64,000 bases of DNA from Trichinella spiralis (Eukaryota): assembly GCF_000181795.1 (NCBI RefSeq), contig NW_003526943.1:7709566-7773565 (forward strand), written 5' to 3'. Position numbers and translations under genes: made by a program. Positions 13,070 through 28,938 of the stretch are shown one piece after another (position 1 is the stretch's first letter; each line of letters begins with the position of its first letter). The notes under the pieces are model-generated. The model ran no database searches. It saw nothing but the letters and a program-made list of their open reading frames with translations, and had not been told where the DNA came from.

Positions 13070-15298
13070 GCACAATGCTCGTTGATCGCACATCCTCTCT
13101 TCTCTTCTTGTTTTACTTCTTCTCGATCTTCATAATCTTCTTTCATCGTATTTTTCACCGTTGTTTCCTTCTCTCCATAACGTTGCCCATTCTGTTGTCA
13201 CATGTCGTTCTGCTGTGCATGTGCCTCTTCTTCTACTGAATCACGTACTTCATATTCGTGGCCTTTTGACAGTACTTTAAGAACTGCTGTGAACCCGACC
13301 CCGGTTGTCAGACGCCGCGATAGTGATCTTCAGGGCAAGGGGTCCACACTATTCTTGTCCTGATCGCGCTTTGCGCACGTTGAACCGAAAGAGTCACACC
13401 GACGAGGTCGGCGCCGTTACGTACGAAGCAGTTGTCATGCTCAAGCATTTCGCTCTTCGATGGGAAATCCATCCCACATCTTGTGTATATAAACGCACTG
13501 TTCAAATAGTATTCGACGGGGTTTTCCTGTTCGTCTTCTCTTTTTACAGATTGACCACACTTGCAACAGTTGTGTAGTGTATCTTCTCATACACCAGAAA
13601 AGCAACTCTACCATACTTGAACTGCCTGTGAAAAAATCCCTTTGTCTCGTCTTTCGGACTCTGATTCTGTATCCAGTGCCGATGCCCTTTAACGACACTG
13701 TGTGTCCCATGTATCACACACCGCGGCGCATTAGTTGATCGAATTTTCAACCCTATTGACTGCAGGCGATGTAGCACCTCTGCGAGCCGTTCCAGGTTTT
13801 CTTCTGTCTTCCTAAATAAGATGATATCGTCTAGATAGACAAAGCAAGTCTTTCTGATCAGCCCACTTATCGCGGGCTCTATTAGACGCTGGAATGTAGC
13901 GGAGCGTTGCAAAGGCCGAACGGCATAACTTTGAATTGGAATTGATTTGACAGGGGCGTGGAGGAGGCCATCTTCTCATGGTCTACTTCGTCCACTTCGA
14001 CTTGCCAAGTACGCCAGGTCAAGTGTGCTGAACCACTGTTCTCACTAGCGCGTTCAGGGTGTCGTCGATGCGCGTAACTAGCGGTGCGTCGTTCCGCTTC
14101 ACAGTGTTCGGGCTGCATTAATCGACGAAAATACCGAGAGAAACATCTTTTTTTAGCACGAGTACCACGGCCACGTGAAGGGCTCAATCACACCGCAGCT
14201 CACCACCAACTGAACACGACGCACCAATACCAACTGACTGTATCTCGGAATGCCAACTAACTACCGTAACCTTTCTGATGATCAAGTATTACCTAACTTT
14301 CCTACCGAACGGCCGCCAGGTCTTCTTGCGGTTAAAAGTCGTTCTCTCTGTCGTACCTGGGATAAGTGATTTTTATGTTTTCCAGCTTAAAAGTACAGAG
14401 CAGCCTACCCTCTGTTACAATTCGTTAATCATGTGTGAAAAACGTCAAAAGGTCACTACAAATAGCAGTGGCCGACGTGGTAGCCCCAAAACGGAGTTGG
14501 ACCCTTCAGCATTTACTAGCAGAAAGTTACACAGATTAAGTAACTTAATCATTAAAAATTTCACTCATCAAAACATTAGATGGTGTTGTATCGACGATTA
14601 CAGCATTCGGTAAATGATTTTCAAGTACATTAACAGTACACTGTATGGATAGGCAAACACGGGCGTAATTCTCTGGGCGCACGTTGATCTTCGAGTCCTC
14701 GAATTGGTGGTTGGCTTCAATCTTTGTTCTTTCTCGAATCCTCGACGTCTATCGTTGCTTCGCGCCCTAATGTCTTCTAATCCACGCTGCTCTACTCTTC
14801 ATCTTCACTACTTCGCTGCATTTCGCTCCCTTTCCGCGGCGGCGCTCCCCATGGCTATATACAGAACCCCGGTGTCAGCGGCCCAGAGGATGGCTAACGC
14901 GAACCGCTAATGGCAGCTCGCGCGCCGCGGGGAGCGCGCGCTATCTGAGGCGCCGATCTTAACTACCCTCAGCTGCCGGTGAGCTGCCAGGGTTCGGTCC
15001 TTTGGTCTTCGCTTACCCCACTGCGCCGTTGGCCATTTAGCGGGTCCGTTGCCACGGCCGCTCCTCCAGGTCGCCTGATAATCCACCGCCGGAGTTGTTT
15101 GCGCAAGAAGCCGTTGTTCGCCGAACAACGGCTAATCCCATGCACCGCATGGGGTCTCTTCTGACCCCTACCCCCGGGATCCAAGAGGCCGAGATAGCAA
15201 TCTACCAGGCAGTGCGCGCGCATTGTTCCTGCCCTGCCCGTGTCTTGTGCGCACCAACTCACGGGTGAGTCACACCGACGAGGTCGGTGCCGTTCCGT
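13070..15298 (-). mobile_element. Decayed, internally deleted Ty3/gypsy LTR retrotransposon with diverged LTR-like flanks
   Basis: RT remnant in the middle. The 32-bp GAGTCACACCGACGAGGTCGGYGCCGTTMCGT occurs as a direct repeat at 13391-13422 and 15267-15298, with weaker similarity upstream of each. Boundaries are approximate. Confidence 0.6.
13720..14100 (-). pseudogene. Frameshifted Ty3/gypsy reverse transcriptase fragment
   Basis: FQFKVMPFGLCNAP in one frame, then ATFQRL...KTCFVYLDDIILF...ENLERLAEVLHRLQSIGLKI in another (YLDD catalytic motif). Confidence 0.9.
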
Positions 15299-15845
15299 CC
15301 GGAAAACATGTAGCTAGCCCGTGATTTTTTCTTTCCAGGAAAACAGTTATTACTAAAATATATGAGTAAGCTTGATAAGACCATTATTATGGAGAATAGT
15401 TGAAATTTTACTGTGAATTATATTTACGGTGATGTGGCTGTGTGCAATGACTAATATTCTGAAAACGATGAAATACATAAGTTACAATATTCTTTTGGAA
15501 AAAATATAAATTAAAATAATTTATATGTAAACATAATTTCATTTAAATAATCATTATTACTTCTAGAAATCCATCAGTCATTCGAGTAAATGATGGTAAA
15601 CTTCTCATTATGAACTAATGCCATTATTGCAACGAATAATAAGGACGCATTTTAAATAAAACTCTGGTTTTCTTACCAATGAGCATTATAATTCATTCTG
15701 ATATGTACATCATCTCATTTTCTTTAGCATTTATTACTTAATCTAAAAAAATAGATTTTTCAAAATGAATTGCTTGGCACATGCATATTAAGTAATGTAC
15801 TGTGAGATAATGAACTTTATTAGTTCTGATGCACTTCTTTAAAAT

Positions 15846-16159
15846 TGTAACGTCCTGGGTTACTGTAGACTTTTGTCGGTCATTCATGCGAGGCAAATCT
15901 CTGGTTTTCAACGTTTATTCACAAACGGATACAAACACTGACAACACACACACAAGCTAATCACGCTAGCTTCTCTCTGAGTGTCTCACTGTGTCTTAAG
16001 CGTCACGATGAGGCTATACATATAGAAAAATGTTTGTGCTGTTGAGTAGACGCCGTTATCCTTTTTTCGTATTATTGTTCATGAATTGGCGCCTGTGATA
16101 TTTTCTTACATTCGATCTTGATTGTCTTTTAATTGTCGAATGCAACCGTACTCGTTACA
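15846..16159 (-). mobile_element. Solo LTR, gypsy-type (4-bp TSD)
   Basis: TGTAACG...CGTTACA perfect 7-bp inverted termini, AAAT TSD on both sides, minus-strand AATAAA (~15914) and a TATA-like stretch (~16015-16024). Confidence 0.8.
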
Positions 16160-17145
16160 AAATTTAGTAACCTACTCATTACAAAAATAAGCAAAGAAAT
16201 AAAAATAAAAATAAATGTATATAATAAATTAGTTGAATTAAATGGTTTAATTTAATCTTTTCAATCAAACAAATTTCATAATTGAACAGAGCAATTTTAG
16301 CACGAAACAAAGTTAGCCATTCAACTGAAATGTCATTGTAGATAAAGTTCAGTGTGAATTTTTATACTTTCTGAAAATATTTTTTAAACTAATAATTATT
16401 CATGAAAATACGAAGCTGTGTTCCTCGATCGATGCATTATTTTATTATTCATGTCAAATAATTTAACTTGAACATCTAATGTACTGTATTTCCACATGTA
16501 AGTAGGGCTTCCTGCATGTCATTGACGCATTTTTTTGTGTGTGATTTTTATTTTTGTAATTGAATTTGCTTCGTACGATCGAAAATTTTATTTTTACTTA
16601 TTTTTACACAACCAAAGTAGTGCTGTTTACGTCGAGGTTTTCATATATATTGAATAAACTTCGGTGTGAAACTTTTCTTTAACTGTTTTTGCTATTTCTT
16701 TGTGCTGTTTACTATTGTTTAGTTACGTTAATTTTTTAAAATTATTGCTCTGTAAATTTTGCATTTTTTACTTTAGCTATGATTATTAATAAATATGGCG
16801 GTTCTTTTTAAAATTATTTATGTATAAATTGAGCTTGTAACTGGTATTCCGTTGTTTTAGTTTTTGTTTTGGTTTGTTGGTTTATCGGTTTCTTTAATTA
16901 TAACAGTCAGATCAGAACATTAGTGTGATCAGAGTAGCTTTTTGTTTTGCCTATTTACCATATTACGCGTGCTATTTTGATCGTGATGATTATATTTTAA
17001 ATGAAAATTTATATTTTTTTGGGTTATGTTTGCTATTGCATTGATTGGATAAAGTTGTTGCATATTATTTTAAATTTTAACTAAATGATTTTTTGTTTTA
17101 TTATTTTTAGCATCAAAGTTATAGTGCAGTTCTTTGAATTGAAAT

Positions 17146-17634
17146 ATGGCGGATGAAATTCATGATGATGAAAATTTTCAAACAGGTGATTCTGGCGCAT
17201 CCAGCACTTTTCCCAAGCAGTGCTCTGCATTGCGAAAGAATGAGCATGCATTGCTGAAAGGTCGGCCATGTAAAATTGTAGAAATGTCCACTTCAAAGAC
17301 TGGAAAACATGGTCATGCAAAAGTTCACCTTGTCGGTATAGACATTTTTACAGGCAAGAAGTACGAAGACGTTTGTCCTTCTACCCACAATATGGACGTG
17401 CCGTTTGTGAAAAGGAAAGATTTTCAGTTAATGGCAATAAATGATGATGGTTATGTTGCCTTGTTGGATATGGATTCATTTGAAGAAAAGAGCGATTTGA
17501 AGCTTCCGGATGGTGAATTGGGGCAGCAGATAAAGGATGTATTTGAAAAAGATGAATCTGGAATTCTGATAACAGTCGTTTCGGCTATGGGTGAAGAGGC
17601 AATTATGGCTTATAAAAATATGCCGAAAGATTAA
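17146..17634 (+). CDS. EIF5A: Eukaryotic translation factor eIF5A, intronless CDS
   Basis: Hypusination motif [12 protein letters not shown], plus [23 protein letters not shown]. Confidence 0.98.
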   Translation: MADEIHDDENFQTGDSGASSTFPKQCSALRKNEHALLKGRPCKIVEMSTSKTGKHGHAKVHLVGIDIFTGKKYEDVCPSTHNMDVPFVKRKDFQLMAINDDGYVALLDMDSFEEKSDLKLPDGELGQQIKDVFEKDESGILITVVSAMGEEAIMAYKNMPKD

Positions 17635-18957
17635 GTTGCAAAGTCCGTTGGTCAAAACTGTATTGTTAACACAATCGTTTGATTTAACTCAGTTAATTTA
17701 ACACCACAGAAATACAGTATAGTAATGTTTTGAATGTTGGTTCAATCTAATAACATATGCACAAAAATACCGAGGTATTTTACTTGTTATGGTTTTGACC
17801 ATGCTTTGCGCTTCATTTGAAAAGAATAAATGCTATGAATTTATTTTATTTTGTTTTGAATTTTATCTTATTTTAAGCATTAAAATATTGAAATTTTTTC
17901 TAACTTAGACAGTGGTCACATCCAAAGTAATTATAACTTTAATTTGAAGGCAATAGCTTAAATTGTTGTTCGTAAATAGGACCTGTTTGTGAATTTGTCA
18001 TTTCATGACATTCTGAGTTTAAAAAACAACATTAATTTTAAACACAGTGAACAAGTTGCATGTATAACGGGAGTGACAGTTTGTTTGGATTTTGATTTTG
18101 TACATAATGAAAACAAGAAATAGTTTTTGAAAAGAAAAATATTCATAAATTGTTCAAAAGTAAAAATTTTGATTTTAAAATTCAACAAACACTAATTTGT
18201 TTAAATAAAAAATTTTTCATTTTATTACAGACGGTAATTTGACAATAAAATTTGAAATCAATATTATACATACTGTTGTACGAAATATTTTTTATCATTA
18301 ATATTAATTATTACAAATTTTAAAAAATGATCTACATATATTCAATTGCTTTGTTCCATGCTTTTGAAGAAAAATAAAAATTTGAATACGGTATTTCACG
18401 AGGACGAATTGAATGCACTGCTTTAGAAAAGTGTACAATCTTTTTGATATATTAATGTGAAGCTTTAAAACTAAATTTAAGTTGAATTTTATTCTATTTT
18501 ATCAATTGCGTCATTATTCACCTAGATTGCGTTATTAATTACTTGAAAATCCTTTACGTACTGTTGAACGTTGAGTTACGTGGATACTATTAGTCTTCAA
18601 AGCGTTTGCTTGGTTTTTAAGGCAATAGTAAGGTCCTAATTCATTGTCAATGTTTTTAATGCTCAATAATAAATAATATTTGATCATGCATTTTTCATTT
18701 AGTGAGTTTAATGATTTTCATTAGTAACAAAGCAAAGCAGTATTGTCGGTTTGCCGAGTGTAGTATTTTTTGAGCGTAAAGGTTATTTTTCATTTACCGC
18801 CGACGTTTTTTTTAAATTGTAATGAGATTTTTACGTTTACTGAGGTTTGTTGATATTTTAATTTTTTTAAAGCTTTTTTCTTAATTTCTTTGCGCGCAGA
18901 AAGTTTTTCGTAGCTTAAAATTGAGGATACATCAGTTAAGATTCATTTTCCAACCGA

Positions 18958-21363
<2,406 letters not shown>

Positions 21364-23036
21364 GCGACATTAAATTTTTTGCACTTTGGCAAGCAGTGAT
21401 TAGATTAAAATTAAACAGTATTGGAAAAATTGTACTTGCATATTTATACTTTTCAACTTCGATTAATTCCATTATTCTACTAGCATTATTGATTTTTTTT
21501 GATCAAATACACATATACGAAAATGAATCACAATCTAGTATTATTTGTGAAGTAATTTTTTCGCAAAGCCTGCTGTTTTGTAGGTTTTTGTGAAGTATAA
21601 TTTCATTTCATTTGGTTAATAATTCGTTGAACACTGCGCAATGCTGCTGTTGTTGTGACGATTTTGATTGAATAAAATTTTTGTTCACATTTTGTTAAAT
21701 AAAATTTGGAAAATGTGGGCAAATTGTGCACGATAAAAATTGCCAACCTTTTTATTATAATTTTGATTTAAAAAAATTGATTAAACGTTTTTGATTAAAA
21801 GAAATAAAAAGATTGAAATGACATCTGAAATATCGAGAAAACAGATTTTGGTTTATGATGAAGCTGATGCGTACATGTAATATTTTTTGATGTACACATT
21901 ATAAAGTTTAATACAATTTAGTGTTATTAAAATTATCATAATTAATTTTTTTTCAATATAAATGAGATTAAATGGATAGTGTTGAATAAATTATTAAAAT
22001 TTTGAGAGTTGTAATACAATTACAAAACTTCTTACTGTTTACAGAACGAAAGTTTTAATCAGTACTGTTGCATTAATTTTAAAAAATTATTTTTATTTTT
22101 AATATAATAATTAAACACTTTTTTATTGCAATATTTTTAAGTTTATTTTTTTATTTTAAAATAATTATTTGTTAATTAATGATTTTCATTTAGTTCGGCA
22201 GTTCTTTAAATAGGTTATCGGGAATGTTTTATGTAAAGAAAACTTATTAAAATTATTTATTTCAAATTTTTGTGTAAAAATATATGAATTATTTAATTTA
22301 ACACATCTTATTTGCAAAATTATCAAAGTTTGCTTATGCTCATTTAAAATGCATGCGCTTTATTACTTTCAGTATTATTGTTTTTCTTTAATCAAAAACT
22401 GCTTTCTGATATTTGCTTTGAGACTGGTATCACAACAGTTCTTTTTTGGAAATAAGTAAATCAAGAAAGTTAAGCAAATATTTCTAAATTATGCTTCTAA
22501 AATTATGAATACATGAAAAATTTAACCATAAACTGTCATAATTTGATGTTTACTCATAATTCTCACCAAACAAGTAATAACATTAATGGGCAGTGGAAAC
22601 GAAAAGATATTTGTTTAATGTAAATATAAATATAATTAAAAGTAATAATATAAATTTGTATCAATTATGATGATTGCTTGGCTGAAAAAATGAAAATATC
22701 CTTTTCCGAAAAATAAGCAAAAAGTAGTTTTCGCTAATATTCTTCCGTAACTTTTAACAGAATCTACAAGCAAAAAATTATTAATCACAAACAAGCGAGT
22801 GCATTGCAACAATAGGCAATAATAGGCATAATTTGATGAAATATTCAAATCGAACAAAACCTACAAACTATCAAAAAGAATGAATAATCACCAACAATTT
22901 AATCTTCATAATTTGTTTGTTTTTTCATTAAATTCAGTAATTATTTATTTGATTAGAAATAATTTTTCAAAAACAAAACGAAAAATTTTGAATTTGTTTC
23001 TTTTTTAAAAAATGTTTTGCATTGCAGGTTCATTTA

Positions 23037-23130
23037 TTAACTCTGTGATTACCAAAACACTTTTGTACACAACTTTTACCAAAAGGGTTTTGGCTGGACC
23101 GAAATATTATTTCATTTTCATTTTCACGTT
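23037..23130 (+). repeat. Second copy of the TTAA-anchored piggyBac-like terminal repeat
   Basis: Similar to 12356-12450. Confidence 0.45.
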
Positions 23131-24190
23131 AGCTGATATATGTGAAGTTTTCCATATTCCAAATTATAAAAATGAATATTATGAATAGGATAAAAGAAAT
23201 TCAAGTAATGCAGAAATTTCGTCCAAAATGGCTGATTTAGAATATTTAGCTAATAATTTTGTTACATTCTCGTAAGCAGCATTCAATTTTTGCTAAAGCT
23301 GAAAACAACACTGGAATCATCAATCAGTGGAAAAACAACGCCGAAATGTATTCATTTGTTGGTAATATTATGATTAGTCGATCTGAAAGCATAATTAAAC
23401 GCGTTATAAAGAAATTCATTCAATTGGCAACGATAAATCTTCATGTACTTTTTTACAGATTTAAAAATATATCACTAACAAGACAATCAAGCATACTTTT
23501 CCAAGCATTTTCATTAAATAAACATTCTTGCAGACTGTTCAGAAAATTGCTGTATTTTACAATTTTTAGCATTCATCTTATTCTAATAAAATATTATCAA
23601 AAATTGTTGATTAATTTTTGAAATAAAAACAAATGTGAATCTCAGGCTAAGTATGTAAAATGAAAATCTGTCGAATAAAGCATCTTTCTGATTAAAAAAT
23701 TTTCAAAATGATAATATTAAATAAACAATAAACGATGAAATAAATATTTTATCTTTAAGATTTGCTCCCATTTCTAGAAATTTAATTTAATGAAAAGTAA
23801 GTTTTTTTTCATACTGTACATTATTTTATTTCTTTTTGTTAATTTGTGTTGTTTCTGCTGCTGTAGAGCAATTTTTTAAGTTCATGTGTAGATTTTGTTT
23901 TTCATCTAAGTTACTTCTTTATTATCAGATGTATGTTTATTGGTAATATTTGGCCGATTGTTTTTAAAATTTGGTCGTTTGCGCAACATTGTTGTTGTTG
24001 TGGAAAAGTTTTGCGCGCCAGAGATGCTTACGAATGAAAAACATTTTTGACTCCATTTCAGTTGATTTTTTTAGTTTAATAATCTTTATCTGTTCTTTTA
24101 GTTTGAATATGATCCAATTTTTCAAGCATGCTGAAATATTTTATTGAACTTTTTTTGTTTAGGCTATTCAATCACATTTGATTGTCTACA

Positions 24191-27100
24191 ATGGAAAACG
24201 GTATGAACTTAAAGGTTCAGTTTTTCAACGAACTCATGGCAATTGTGGAAGTCCAAATCCGACAATCATCTTACGTCGGCGTTGTATTGGCAGTTAAAAA
24301 TGGGTATGAATATAAACTTTATTTGTAGAATTTAAATTCAGCTTCGAATCTTCTCCTCATGTCCTCATGTCCTCTTGTCCTTCTTGATTGTTTCAGCTTG
24401 ACCAAATTTTCTTTTTCATCGTATTATGATTTTATTTCCCATGATCTCTTTTATCACTTAGATTTTCTGCAGGTGTCATTTTCAGCAATGTTAATTTATA
24501 ACTAGGTTATATTATTTTCTGTAAGATTATTGTTTATTTGATTAGTGACATTGATTATAAAAGTTTAAGCTTTATTTTAATTACACAGTAGTTATAATTG
24601 TTATTTTTATTAAGTATATATTCAGTATTTTACCTTAAAATATTTAAATTTCAATTATATGATGATTTTTTTAAATTATATCTAATTATGCAAACGAAAT
24701 TTAAAAAAAACACTTTTATGTGACAACTTTTAGTATTTCTATACTTTATCATCTTTTTAATAAATAAGCAGAGATTCTGTTAATTGTTGTTTTCTAAAAG
24801 ATAAATTGTAGAGATTATTTATACTCAGTGCAAGTAGTTATATTGATTTTATTGTTAATCTTGTTAATATTATTATCAGTATACATATAATTTTTAAATA
24901 TCTGAAAGTCGCTTTATTTTTTAATTGAAAATATTTTTTTTATTTTCAGTAATTTAAATTTTATAATATAATGAGCTTACAACAATAACAACTCTATCCA
25001 CACAATGAATTACAGTGTATAGCCTTGTTTGGAAGTGGTTTGTTGTATTTCATGCTACAGTTATTTTATAAAGTCCTGCAACTTTCAGCACTTGTATTAC
25101 TTAATAATTTTAAAAAATTATTTCCAAATTTTGAGGTTTAAGAGTTTTCTTTTCAAAATGAACTAACAACTTTACATATATTCAACCGACAGTGGTCATG
25201 CATGCGACAGTGCCATGATTGTAGTTGTTTATTCATGTAACTACCATATGAATGAAAGATTATTGATTTTTTAGCATTTGAATCTTAGCACCTGATATAT
25301 TTATATTGACTTTATTATTTGATCAATTTTAATTTTTGATTAAATTCCTTTTCCTATAAAACATAATGTTTTTACTCTTAGGTTGTTTTGATATTTTTGG
25401 CAATTGAAAAAGGCGAAAAAAGCGAAAGCTTTAATTGTATAGTTACTGTTAAGCTTAGTGGTTTATCATTAAAAAGTACATTTTTTCAGCTATCGCTGTG
25501 TTAATAATTTTCCACTTGTAGTTTTCCAATATTCCGATAATTTTATCAAATAAATAAAATTAATAAATAATATTATTTATGCTTGTGTTGTAGTAAAATT
25601 TTCTCCATTTCCACTTATTTAGTGTGTTAAAATTTTTCAATAATTTCATTATTTGCTTGCCACAAAACAGTGAAGTGGTTCTGTTTAATTTTTCTTCTTT
25701 TCATTCTCTACTGATATGGCAAAAACTTTTTTTACATTGAATATTTGATTTGAATTTATATTGAGAAAGTATTCGCACAAGCATTATTTTCTTCAGTTTT
25801 TTGATTTAACAACAGTTAAAAGTGAACGTCACTTTTTATGGTGAATAATTAAATTTAGAGTTATTTTTTATTTCAAATTATGTTTCCATGCTGTAAATAT
25901 TGTTTTTTTTTTATTATTTATATTTTTTGCAATGCAGCATGTATTTTGCTGTTTTAGTTTGCAGATTACAACACAATTACCTGAAAATCCAATAAAAACA
26001 TGTAAACAATGGCACTGTAAAAGTAAACTGAAGGCGAACATATGAATACTGACTAGTGTTTTTGGTATAGGCATCTTGCAATAAAATATTTGAATTTCTA
26101 AAAACAGTTTATAAGATTACTGTAAAAACATTATGCATATATGCATTTATTTATTTAAAATTTGATTTAAATTTTTAAAATGCTCTTAATTAATGCGCAT
26201 GTTTTAAGAATTTATTGTGATTGTGAATTTCGTTTTTTCTTAAATATGGCAAATTGTTTTGTTTCAAAAATTTTATCCAAGTTATACAATATTGAACAAT
26301 GAATGAGAAACTTACAAGCTTACAGTATTATCTGAAATTCATGTTTAGAAATAACAGTACAACAAAAGTATATATTCATGCTTTTGCATTTTTAATTGAT
26401 TATTTATGATTAGCGGATGTGATTTCAGTTTTGTAATTGAATGAATGTTACTAAATATAGTTTAAATGTGTAAAAACAGCAACTTAAAGCTGAAATCTTT
26501 TAGCAATCTGCCGTTTGCTTTGAATGAGAAAGAATTTGACGTCTTGAAAGAACACATGCAGCAGTTTTACCGAGAAGGTCCATATAAAATGGACAATGTA
26601 TCCGGAGTTGTAACCAGGTGCGCAGATTATCAAGCAGAAGAGATGTTTCGAGAAAAAATTGATAAAAACCAAGCTGCTTCAGCTGCTGGACAGCCCATTA
26701 AATCCAGACGTTTGTGTAATCGGTTGCAACGTGTTAGGTAAACGGATATTTCATTGCTTTTTTAAAATTATTATTTTGCCACAGAATTGTATTTTTCAAT
26801 GCTTTTTTACGATGCACTTTTTCAGACGTTGCATGTCTCGCCGCCAAATATTATGCGTCAAATGCTTGAACAAAATGATCAATTCTGAAAAGGATCTCGA
26901 AACTCCTACTAATAAACGCGCCAGTACCACAAAACCAAAAAATACACCACCACGCAAGAAAAAGAATAAGCAAAAAACGACCGAAGTTGATTCGCCGTCT
27001 AAAAATTTGGAACGTCAAGTCGCCGATGTTGAATTTACCGGTGTTACAGCTACTGTAACTGCGGATACTATAACAACAACAACAGTGACCACTGCATCAG

Positions 27101-28261
27101 TGGTCACCACCGTCACTACCACTGCTGCTACGGCGACTATTACTACTGCTACTGTTGTACCATCTGAAATTAATGCTGAAAATGTGGAAAGTGAAATTTC
27201 GACCAATGATGAACCACAGCCGATTCAAGCTGAAGTTGAAACTGAAGTTCGAAAAAAAGAATTTTTTCTTTTCCATTTTCATTGTTGGTTTGTTTTGTTC
27301 ATATTTTCAGATTCTCGTTGTTGATGATGATGAAGCACGTGATAAAGTTGTCGAAGAGCAGTCAGAACCTGTGTTGCTTGATGTTGTTCCTGAAAATCCC
27401 AGCATTCCGAAGCAGAATGTTGAACAGGAAACTTTCTCTGTTCCGAAGAAATCGGCGAGAAAGTCGCTCACGGGTACAAGTGCAACGTTGCAGATTGATC
27501 GCATTTTTGAATTTATTTTATTCATATATCATTTATTTAGAAATTTGTTCCGAACTGACAACCAAAAAGCTTGAATTGCAAGCTGCGATGGAAGTTGGCC
27601 AACAGCCGAAGCTTCCAGAAGCGACAGCGGTGCAATTGAATTCAAACGATGACAACAGGCTAATAGAAATAATTGAACAACCATTACCAAAAACAAAAGG
27701 TTTTATTGCATTGCTTGTTTGTACATATTTCAATTAATTATAATAATTTACGTTTTCAATAAACAAATATAGATGGTGTTGAACAAGAAGTGAATGATCT
27801 GCCATCGATGGAGTTGGAAAATGTGGACATCGTTACTATTCCAGGTGAGTTGTATATTTGAAAAAAGAATTATAATAATTTATATTTTAAATAAAAAAGA
27901 TGTAGCTGTGAATGAACCAAATGATGATCAGGCGTCGACAGAGATAGTTATCGTTCAAGAGATGGACACTGTCTCCATTCCAAGTGAGTTGTATATTTGA
28001 AAAAGGAATTATAATAATTTATATTTTAAATAAAAAAGATGTAGCTGTGCATGAATCAAATGATGATCAGGCGTCGACAGAGATAGTTATCGTTGAAGAG
28101 ATGGACACTGTCTCCATTCCAAGTGAGTTGTATATTTGAAAAAGGAATTATAATAATTTATATTTTAAATAAAAAAGATGTAGCTGTGAATGAACCAAAT
28201 GATGATCAGGCGTCGACAGAGATAGTTATCGTTGAAGAGATGGACACTGTCTCCATTCCAA
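24191..28261 (+). CDS. Uncharacterised multi-exon protein with basic (NLS-like), Thr-rich and acidic repeat regions; 3' end lost in gap
   Basis: Phase-compatible exons 24191-24303, 26504-26737, 26826-27246, 27311-27473, 27541-27699, 27773-27844, then repeated 84-nt exons. PPRKKKNKQK basic patch. The link from exon 1 is inferred from splice phase only. Confidence 0.65.
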
Positions 28262-28312
28262 GTGAGTTGCATATTTGAAAAAGGAATTATAATAATTTAT
28301 ATTTTAATAAAA
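27845..28312 (+). repeat. 139-bp tandem repeat (55-nt intron + 84-nt exon), at least 3.4 copies, running into an assembly gap
   Basis: GTGAGTTGTATATTTG...AAAAAAG / ATGTAGCTGTG...ATTCCAA units start at 27845, 27984, 28123 and 28262 and are nearly identical. Confidence 0.95.
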
Positions 28313-28789
28313 ANNNNNNNNNNNNNNNNNNNNNNNNNNNNNNNNNNNNNNNNNNNNNNNNNNNNNNNNNNNNNNNNNNNNNNNNNNNNNNNNNNNNNNN
28401 NNNNNNNNNNNNNNNNNNNNNNNNNNNNNNNNNNNNNNNNNNNNNNNNNNNNNNNNNNNNNNNNNNNNNNNNNNNNNNNNNNNNGTCCTACTATCGGCAT
28501 TTGATATAACGTCAGTTGGTTCTATAAAATATAGAGATAATGATAAAAATTATTTTCATGAGTGGCGATCACGAAAAAGTATAAACTTCACCACAATTGA
28601 TATATTTAAATAAACAGAATTTCAATGAATGACAAAACTTCAAACAAACAAAATTTTGGAATAATAAATATTTCCTTTTTTATGTTACGTCACTATTATT
28701 AAAGTTACGTAATCCTAAATGGAATATTTGAACCAATGAAGTGAAAAAATATTACAGCTAATCACAACTGAAGAGTTTGAATCAATGAG

Positions 28790-28938
28790 CAATTAGACAA
28801 GGAAAACCAATACGACAAAGATTTTACGGTCCAATAAGATAGCGAGGCTACGGTCTAATAAGATAGCGAGGTCAACGACCAATAAATGAACAGTAGGACC
28901 GAATGGGAACAGAAGTGGGACCAAGTGAAGGCAAACCC
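28790..28938 (-). mobile_element. Terminus of a MULE/Mutator-like repeat family (also at 37378)
   Basis: Reverse complement starts GGGTTTGCCTTCACTTGGTCCC and contains CGCTATCTTATT(A/G)GACCGT subrepeats. Clearly homologous to 37378-37517. Superfamily call is tentative. Confidence 0.5.

Noticed and set aside
24009..24020. E2F-like site TTTTGCGCGCCA
   Set aside because: Single imperfect match; too weak alone.
24353..24386. TCCTCATG short tandem repeat
   Set aside because: Ordinary intronic simple repeat.
27845..28312. CRISPR-like array
   Set aside because: The units are identical throughout with no unique spacers, and they correspond to eukaryotic exon+intron duplications.
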